IMG/VR virus record: IMGVR_UViG_3300042009_000023 | Coordinates: 25,357 to 89,356 of that record | Reading direction: 5' to 3' (one strand) | DNA: 64,000 nt | Source: a virus | Taxonomy: Duplodnaviria; Caudoviricetes | Part shown: positions 57,141 to 64,000 of the stretch, piece by piece | Layout of the letters: the number at the start of each line of letters is the position of its first letter | Numbering within the stretch: the first letter of the stretch is position 1 | Notes under the pieces: generated by a model | What the model was told of the DNA's origin: nothing | The model's database searches: none | The model's input: the letters and a program-made list of their open reading frames with translations, nothing else | Position numbers and translations under genes: made by a program

Positions 57141-57877
57141 GACGTAAATACAATATTGGAGATGTGTGGCCCACAAAATGTGGGGTAGGTGTAAGAATTA
57201 TTAGCAAAGATACGCCAAACCAGAAGTTGACGGTAAAATGGTTGGACGAATATGGCTACGAGTATGAAGTTTACCAGTGTGCAGTATTCAGACAAGAACT
57301 TAAGAACCCTTATGAAAAGACTGTGGCCGGTGTAGGGTATATAGGTTTAGGCGATCACAGATCGAATCCTTTGAAATATAAGGCTGAGTATGTGGTTTGG
57401 GCGGGTATTCTGGACCGTGGATACGGAGATAAGGTCAGATTGAACCGACCGGGGTATGACGAAACGATTGTTGAAGATGTTTGGCACAACTTCGGTGGGT
57501 TTATTGACTGGACTAGATCCGCTATAGGTTGGGGTAAAGAAGGTTGGCATGTCGATAAGGATCTCCTTGTAAGGGGGAATAAGTCCTATGGTCCAGATGT
57601 TTGCTGCATGTTACCGGGTAAGATAAATTCCAATCTGTGGATACAAACAAAAGAAGGTGACACACTTCCCGGCGTAATTAAAATTGGAAACTCATATCGA
57701 GCCAACACAAAACTCGGGGAAGTAACGCAGGCTCGACACTTTAAAACAGAACAAGATGCTTTCTCATTCTACAGGCAAACAAAAGAGGCTTATATTAAAT
57801 ATCTTGCGGAGCAGTACAGGGACGAGCTAGATCCAAGAGCATATCAAGCTTTAATGAGTTGGGAAATTTTACCTTGA
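57137..57877 (+). CDS. HNH homing endonuclease
   Basis: KNPY.KTVAGVGYIG, W..IL.RGY, WHNF..F..W, VDKDLL.RGNK.Y.PDVCCMLP..IN, LPGV. Confidence 0.82.
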   Translation: MRRKYNIGDVWPTKCGVGVRIISKDTPNQKLTVKWLDEYGYEYEVYQCAVFRQELKNPYEKTVAGVGYIGLGDHRSNPLKYKAEYVVWAGILDRGYGDKVRLNRPGYDETIVEDVWHNFGGFIDWTRSAIGWGKEGWHVDKDLLVRGNKSYGPDVCCMLPGKINSNLWIQTKEGDTLPGVIKIGNSYRANTKLGEVTQARHFKTEQDAFSFYRQTKEAYIKYLAEQYRDELDPRAYQALMSWEILP

Positions 57878-57902
57878 CAGATACACACAGAAGCCCTACA
57901 CT
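57874..57902 (+). promoter_or_regulatory. Sigma70 promoter overlapping a long hairpin
   Basis: TTGACA-N17-TACACT; stem AAGCCCTAC/GTAGGGCTT. Confidence 0.6.
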
Positions 57903-57942
57903 GAACCTATCAGAACAGATAGCAACAGGTAGGGCTTTTATC

Positions 57943-58587
57943 ATGAGCAGAATGTACATCGTAAATCATTGGAATGATGCTGCGGCTTACTCTGGCGAGC
58001 AGATTGGGGATCGCCTCAAAGATTCCTCTGCCCTTCATTTTCACAGAGACGGATCGGCTAACGTTGAACTTTACTCTGAAGAGACAGCACTAGCTAAAAA
58101 GAAAACTTCTATTCCCCTTCGCGACAGGATCTTACCTCAGTACCGACGCATCCAGACGTTAACAGACCAACTCATAGAGCTAGAAACTGAATACAAAGCC
58201 GGTAAAATGTCAATCCAAGAATATACCCAGCTGCGGGCAGTCTTGGTGACGAAACGGAACAGAGCAACTGTTTTATATCAGAAAGCAGTCAGCGTTAAAG
58301 AACCAACCCATGAAGACGATGAATTGTCGTTCAATATGCCACAAGATGAGGTAGTTTTACCCTACGCTAGCTGCGCAGTGGACTACTCCAAGCCAGCACC
58401 AAGCCACACCTCTAGTCAAGCTCCAGACACCCATTATTCTGCGAATAATATCCCGGCATGGATAACAGACCTTTCTAGCACAAATTCTTTGAAGAAACCT
58501 TTGAAAATAGCTTGCACATTGGTACGTAAGACGGTACAATTCAGTCAGAAAGCGAAATCCTACTACCAAGAACTGAAGGCGGTGTGA
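57943..58587 (+). CDS. Hypothetical protein
   Basis: 214 aa ORF downstream of the promoter. Confidence 0.6.
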   Translation: MSRMYIVNHWNDAAAYSGEQIGDRLKDSSALHFHRDGSANVELYSEETALAKKKTSIPLRDRILPQYRRIQTLTDQLIELETEYKAGKMSIQEYTQLRAVLVTKRNRATVLYQKAVSVKEPTHEDDELSFNMPQDEVVLPYASCAVDYSKPAPSHTSSQAPDTHYSANNIPAWITDLSSTNSLKKPLKIACTLVRKTVQFSQKAKSYYQELKAV

Positions 58588-58588
58588 G

Positions 58589-59546
58589 ATGACTGTTAAA
58601 TTTAAACCTAATGTAACCCTTGCAAACGCAGCAAAGCAGATCGAAAAGCGTATGATAGCAGTAGGTAAAGAACGAGACAAGCTTGACGAACTAATCGGTG
58701 AGCTTGAACAGTTGAAATGGAATTGTGAGGAAGCTTACGACAACCTTCAACGTGCTCGTGATGCGCTTTCGGAGCTTGTATAACATGAACATCAAAACAA
58801 ACGACATTGTAAAGGCACGTATCTCTGATACATCCTCAGACGAAACAGCCATTGTCCTGACAACATATGGCAGCGTAGGGAACAAGCCTTCACAAGTCTG
58901 CCTTCGCTCTCCGATTAATGGGAAACGTTATTGGAATGTTAGTGATTTGGAGGTGGTGCAATGAACACACAATCAGAATGTTTCAAGCTTGCTTTCCTGT
59001 TGATGTCTCAGAAGAAACAAGCTAAGCTCTATAAACAAGATGGGCAATGGTATTGTGTTCCTTCGGAACAGCATTGTGAGGAAGTCAAATGAGTCAGTAC
59101 ACAACAGAATCATTCCAGAAATATGAACGCAAGCGTTCTACTAAGCGTTCTAAGCAATACAGTGACAGCAACACAGAGCGTAAATCCTGCAAGAAAGATT
59201 CTTATAAAGTAGCACGAGATATGAAACGGCAGTGTGAGGATTAGACATGAACTATCAAGAAGGTAATCTATACAAGATCTCTCACGACTATTACAACGAT
59301 ATAAAGCTAACCTGCATATGGGTAGAGTATAGTTTTGTCTATTTCAAGCTCCCTAACAGCACGAGTATAGGAGCTGATTACAAGCTTGAGCTTAAGACAA
59401 AGAAGTTGTATCGGTGGAATGATAAGTGTACAGGATGGGATACGATAGAGAACACGTTGTCTGAGTATACGGATGAAGACATCTGGAGCAGTAGGACAGG
59501 GAATGGTGGTGGGGATGGTTATTATAGTGGGATTGGGCAAAACTGA
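58589..59546 (+). other. Small hypothetical genes (58589-58783 coiled coil; 58785-58964; 59247-59546 and shorter ORFs)
   Basis: ORF track. Confidence 0.5.
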
Positions 59547-59581
59547 TAGAATCTTTCAATGAATAAAGACTAAAATAATCG

Positions 59582-59609
59582 TTGACTAGTGTTCTGGTTG
59601 CTGTAGAAT
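59582..59609 (+). promoter_or_regulatory. Sigma70 early promoter
   Basis: TTGACT-N16-TAGAAT with an AT-rich upstream region. Confidence 0.65.
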
Positions 59610-59658
59610 TGGTCTCAAGAGGGAAGCAAAAGCTTCTCAAGCCTTGGAGCTACAGACC

Positions 59659-61257
59659 ATGAACAAATTCACTAATGATTCCAACATCCTCTCCCTTCAA
59701 CACAAACTTGCTGATGCTCGTGCAAACACTCGTGAAGCTGAGAACACTGGCTGCTCCGATACTCTCATCTGTGAATTGATGGATGCTGAAGATGAAATTA
59801 CCTCTCAGTTGTTGAAGCTTGGTTGCCATCGTCGAGACTGCTGATAGTTAACAATACAAGCCACCTAGAGCGGCTTTCTTTATGGAATATACAAATGTGG
59901 ATTAAAATAAATCTCTATGCCTGGACACACTCTGAACATGGTTGGTATATAGGTAAGTGGTGGACTTTATGTGGTAAGAAAAAGACTTACTTCAGTACAT
60001 ATACAGATAGGCAGGCTAGAGAGAAAGGAGAGAATATGGCTACATTTAATAGCCTGAAAGAAGCAAAAAAGAGCTTTACACAAGAAGCTTGAAGGGTTAC
60101 AATCTGTACATACCCAACCAATACAGAGTAAATATCATGACCTACATCGAACGCTACACAGAAGCTCAAGCAATCTCTCTGGTAGCAGAGTTGAAAGGTG
60201 AAGGCTACAATGCCTACTTCACTAAGAATAATGCTGACTCTTTCACTGTTCAATACTGGAGCTAAGACTATGTTTACCACGATCTTATACGTATCGCTTT
60301 GCTTCTCTAACACTGACTGTGTAGCCTATGAACCACAGACTTGGAAAGCTAATTCTGTAGCTGAACTGAACAAAGACCTAGAAGCATGTGCTAAAGAAGA
60401 ACGTAAATACCTGTCTAATGTTATTGGCACATACAGAGAATCTGACTGCTACGTTATTGAGGCTAAATGAAATGATCATCTCCCTGATAGCTTTCTACAA
60501 AATCTTTCTTCAAGACAGCCAACCAATTAAAAATAAGCCTGTCTACCATCGGACATGGAAAGACGAAGTAGAAGGCTATCCAGCCTCTAGCTATGCTAAG
60601 AGTTTACAGATGGTTATCCACTAAAGTGGTTTATTGATGCTTGTGAGCCAGGCCAAAGCTGTGAATCACTCAAAATGCCTGGATGGACGTGTGACAGATA
60701 AATTCCTTAAAGTAATTGAAGAAAAGACTAGACAGGTTGTGAATGTGGTCCTATACTATCCATACAGAAACAAAAACAGTCTTTAGACACCCTCTCAGGA
60801 GTACACGAAATGAGCATTTACACCAACCCAGATCGTAAATTCGCTACTAACTCGGTATGCCGTAAAGATGCAATCTCTTTCGTAAAAGTGGTGAATCAAT
60901 GCTCCGAAGAGAATGCTACACACTTCGTTGATTCTCTTGTTCTGGAATGTCAGCAAGAAGCTATCAAGCTGGGTAAAGTGACTAATAAAGTCTTTCTAGT
61001 GCGGGATAGCATCAATGAAGTAGATGTCTATATCGACACATGCTACTACATGTTTGACAACTAAACACTATTCAATTGAAGCCCCTCTAAGGGGCTTTGG
61101 AGCACATCTAATGAAAAAGCTTAATGTATCCGTACCGATGAACATCAATGGGCTCATTCTATGGTCTTATTCATTCAGAGCTTATGATTATGAAGTGTTC
61201 CTTATGTTGGGGGATTATGGGTGGTATTCTCCTGTGATCTTTGATCGTACCTTTTGA
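59659..61257 (+). other. Small early hypothetical genes (59659-59844; 59895-60092; 60270-60470; 60810-61064; 61111-61257)
   Basis: ORFs with GGAG SDs, separated by AAGCC...GGCTT hairpins. Confidence 0.55.
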
Positions 61258-61287
61258 GAGGCTTTGAAAAATAGTTAAAGAAAAAGC

Positions 61288-61315
61288 TTTACACGTTGAT
61301 AAGATGACGTATACT
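61288..61315 (+). promoter_or_regulatory. Sigma70 early promoter
   Basis: TTTACA-N16-TATACT preceded by A-tracts. Confidence 0.6.
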
Positions 61316-61361
61316 GAACACAAGAAGAGAGAAAAACTTCTCTCAAGACAGAGCAAAGACC

Positions 61362-61637
61362 ATGACCTCCATTCAAAACCGCTTTCAAGTCTTCTCCCAC
61401 AACAATGGCAAGCTGGTAGTTGTAGCCCAGTTTCAAGCAAACCAGTATAAAGAGTCTATCGAATGCTGTGAAGCTCAGAAAGAACTTCTGACTATCATGG
61501 GTTCTACATTCACCCCTTTCGTTAGCGACATGAACAACCGTGGGATGATCGTTGCTGAAGCTGGTAAGGGTGATCTTGATAAATGGAACACAGCAAACAA
61601 AGGTAACTTCCTTGCAGGTTATCACCTAACCAAGTAA
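61362..61637 (+). CDS. Hypothetical early protein
   Basis: 91 aa with strongly biased codons; first gene after the promoter. Confidence 0.6.
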   Translation: MTSIQNRFQVFSHNNGKLVVVAQFQANQYKESIECCEAQKELLTIMGSTFTPFVSDMNNRGMIVAEAGKGDLDKWNTANKGNFLAGYHLTK

Positions 61638-61679
61638 TCTAATATAGAGCCCCGTAAAGGGGCTTCTGGGGCACATCAA

Positions 61680-61892
61680 ATGAAAACTTTCTCCATCTTC
61701 ACCCTCTTCTTCGGCGCTGTAATGGCAATCTCTCAAATTGCTCCTGTTCTTGGTGACATTCACCGTGCAGAAGAGGCTAAACAAGTACGTATTGTTCAGG
61801 CTGAAAAACAGGATAAAGAGATGGTTAAAAGGTGTTCTGAGGGTAAAACTTCCACTATCATGTATAGAGGCAAGATGTGCAAGCAAGATTAA
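61680..61892 (+). CDS. Small exported/membrane-anchored protein
   Basis: N-terminal hydrophobic signal and two C-terminal Cys. Confidence 0.55.
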   Translation: MKTFSIFTLFFGAVMAISQIAPVLGDIHRAEEAKQVRIVQAEKQDKEMVKRCSEGKTSTIMYRGKMCKQD

Positions 61893-61911
61893 TTCAAGCA
61901 GGACTCTCTAC

Positions 61912-61931
61912 AAAGCCCCGTGAGGGGCTTT
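61912..61931. terminator. Bidirectional terminator closing the early block
   Basis: AAAGCCCC-GTGA-GGGGCTTT. Confidence 0.75.
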
Positions 61932-62589
61932 AGTTGTTTATCCAGTATCAATGCATACCATTCAAAAGACTACCCTCTCAGAACCTTCTAAACTCTTCCT
62001 AAGCTTTATTCCTCCTAGTCTTTATGACTACATAAGTTACACTAATAAGTGTAGTTCTAGTCTCCTTCCAGTGTGGGCGAGACATCTCTGATGTTAAGCC
62101 TAACACTCTTCCGAGCGCACATTAGCACCTATACATCCATACACCACTGTATAAGTATCCACTAACAGGCTCTCACTACAGTCTAGCTACACATTTCCTT
62201 GACGTATCTCTGTGAAGTGTGGTAGGGATACAGGGTAGCTGATAGGTATCTTATTATGGTTGACATATGGGCTCTGTTCAGGGCTCCTAATTGTAACTGA
62301 TTTAACTTTTGCTACATTATGCGAAGTCCATAATCTTTTCGAGAGGTGGGTACATAAACAGGCGTTTAGTCAAGTGGTTTATTTACAGGGATAGCTTTCT
62401 GACAAGGTGTCGCTAAGAGTGGCACAGGATATGCAGTGAAGACTAAGCCTATCGATCAACATATCCTCATAGATATTTTGTATTCCTATTTGCTAGTCAT
62501 TCTCATGTAGCCGATGCTGTTAAGTGGGTCAGCTATAGATCTGAGGTTTTACAAGGCTTACAGACCACTTGCCATATTTTCCAGACACA

Positions 62590-62620
62590 AAGAAAGGAGT
62601 CACTAGTGAAAGCTGACTCC
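62590..62620 (-). terminator. Terminator after the HNH gene
   Basis: GGAGTCA/TGACTCC stem followed by TTTCTTTG on the minus strand. Confidence 0.65.
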
Positions 62621-62642
62621 CAAAAATACGGGGGTTTAGAAT

Positions 62643-63197
62643 TTACTCTGTTGGAAGAAGGTGTTTCCAAGTAAGGTTGCTAAGTATTAGTCTAATAGCT
62701 CCCTCTTTTACGCCAAACAACCTACTTATGGCTGTCTTGTTCTGCATCTCACCACTATTCCATAGTCTACGTATTTCTATAACCTGACTGTCAGTTAACT
62801 TTGCTAGATGTTGATCTTCACCTTTAGGTAATTTTCTATTTCTTTCTTCGAACCCTGTACTATTGTAGAAGTGTAGTTTGTTCTCAGTAGAAGTCACCCA
62901 TTCTAAGTTAGACATCTTATTGTTTGTAGTGTCCAAATCTTTATGATTCACTTCCAGTTCATCCATCATGGGATTAGGTTGAAAGGTTAGCATTACAAGC
63001 CTATGTACAAGTAAGGACTTTCTTTGTCTTGGTTTAGGGTAAAGCTGGACAAGCATGTAACCTGTTGTATTAGGGCTCGGTGTAAGGATCAATTCCTCTC
63101 GTCTGTAAGCCTTAACCAAACTTTTAACTCTACCCAGTGTACTAACTTCATAGCCCGGATACCCATCAATAGCTTTCCATATTTCTTCTTGAATCAT
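62643..63197 (-). CDS. NUMOD4-HNH homing endonuclease with C-terminal HTH
   Basis: EIWKAIDGYPGYEVSTLGRVKS, VHRLV...VNHKD....NN..NLEW, AKLTDSQVIEIR...ISRLFGV. Confidence 0.9.
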   Translation of the reverse strand: MIQEEIWKAIDGYPGYEVSTLGRVKSLVKAYRREELILTPSPNTTGYMLVQLYPKPRQRKSLLVHRLVMLTFQPNPMMDELEVNHKDLDTTNNKMSNLEWVTSTENKLHFYNSTGFEERNRKLPKGEDQHLAKLTDSQVIEIRRLWNSGEMQNKTAISRLFGVKEGAIRLILSNLTWKHLLPTE

Positions 63198-63299
63198 TTC
63201 ACACTCCACCGCACGTATATAATATTATCAGAAACAAGGTGCACCCACAGGAATAGTAGGTGTGCACTCTCTGTTGATTTAATAGGACACCGAAGTGCA

Positions 63300-63866
63300 C
63301 TAGTGTTTATGTCTCTCAATTAACTTCTCTACTACAACTTCATTCCGTGCAAGCCTTGTACTCAACCCTTCTACAAGTAAGTAACCATTAGATATTTTCA
63401 CTAACTCATCCAATACAGCTTTCTTATCTTGCACTTCTGGAAATTGAGAAGTGTAGTCTTCTACTGCCTCTTGAATACGCTCGTACAGGCAGTCAGCTAA
63501 AGAGTAAAGAGTCTGTTGGCTTTCAAGTGCCTTGGTAGGACTAATCCACGAAGGTCTGAACAGTGAGTTCTTATTCTTAGCTCGTGCTTTACGTTTGTAT
63601 GGTGTCATGTAGTCTCCCTTCTGTCCTAATAGTTCTGGTTTGTATTTAAGTACAATTCCAGTTAGTTCGTAGTTGGTGCATCCTTCAGGTCTGATTGCTA
63701 GTGCTACAATATCTAGAAGTATTGGATCTTCTTGTTTTGTGTATTCAACATTCTTTAATTGTCTCTTACACCAATCAACAGACAAAGCCCCATTTAAGGA
63801 GCTTGATATTTGTGCATATGTTAACCCCTGCTTTCGCAGGTCAATTGCCTTTTGTTTTAATTCCAT
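63300..63866 (-). CDS. Hypothetical protein with N-terminal HTH
   Basis: KAIDLRKQGLTYAQIS HTH-like start; ATG at 63866 after AGGAG. Confidence 0.55.
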   Translation of the reverse strand: MELKQKAIDLRKQGLTYAQISSSLNGALSVDWCKRQLKNVEYTKQEDPILLDIVALAIRPEGCTNYELTGIVLKYKPELLGQKGDYMTPYKRKARAKNKNSLFRPSWISPTKALESQQTLYSLADCLYERIQEAVEDYTSQFPEVQDKKAVLDELVKISNGYLLVEGLSTRLARNEVVVEKLIERHKH

Positions 63867-64000
63867 ATTTCTTTCTCCAATACTCCTGAGAGTTCTCCTT
63901 CTTATATTCAACTTTAATTGTGTCTGGTACACGACCGAATGCAGGTTTTTGTTTTACCTCTTTTACATAGGGTATGCACTTACCGTTATCATCAAAGCCC

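Noticed and set aside
1-64000. tRNA genes, CRISPR arrays, integrase/repressor, reverse transcriptase or DGR
   Set aside because: No cloverleaf with a GTTCRA T-loop, no repeat-spacer array, and no tyrosine/serine recombinase or YxDD RT motif seen by eye. Such genes could lie outside the window.
1-64000. Stop-codon reassignment
   Set aside because: Core genes are full length in the standard code, and TAA, TGA and TAG all occur as genuine gene ends.

Overview
This 64 kb window is about two-thirds or more of a lytic, contractile-tailed (myovirus) dsDNA phage genome. The host is Gram-negative, because Rz/Rz1 spanins are present; a Pseudomonas-like gammaproteobacterium is a tentative inference. 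There are four blocks. (1) 1-26.1 kb, + strand: morphogenesis (TerL C-terminus, portal, protease, scaffold, capsid, neck, sheath, three tube-like genes, tape measure, baseplate, three receptor-binding proteins) and lysis (SAR endolysin, holin, spanins, two extra membrane proteins). (2) 26.3-48.6 kb, - strand: nucleotide metabolism and replication (SF2 helicase-like protein, NrdA/NrdB, ThyX, MazG-like protein, HAD nucleotidase, metallophosphoesterase, 5'-3' exonuclease, SSB, family B DNA polymerase, T7 gp4-like primase-helicase). (3) 48.9-61.9 kb, + strand: small early/accessory genes driven by near-consensus sigma70 promoters. (4) A ~750 bp non-coding gap, then two - strand genes. At least six free-standing HNH homing endonucleases are present. 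I saw no integrase, tRNA, CRISPR array or reverse transcriptase. The most unusual observations are: a compact T7-RNAP/PolA-fold polymerase-like gene next to a five-copy 13-bp array between divergent promoters, with a cis-motif shared with the site beside the orphan SF2 helicase (a candidate origin/priming system); terminator-promoter cassettes whose hairpin loop is the -35 box; a ~115-nt multi-stem leader RNA; and small mimics of host translation factors (EF-Ts N-domain, RMF-like). All protein assignments come from motif recognition by eye, with no database searches.
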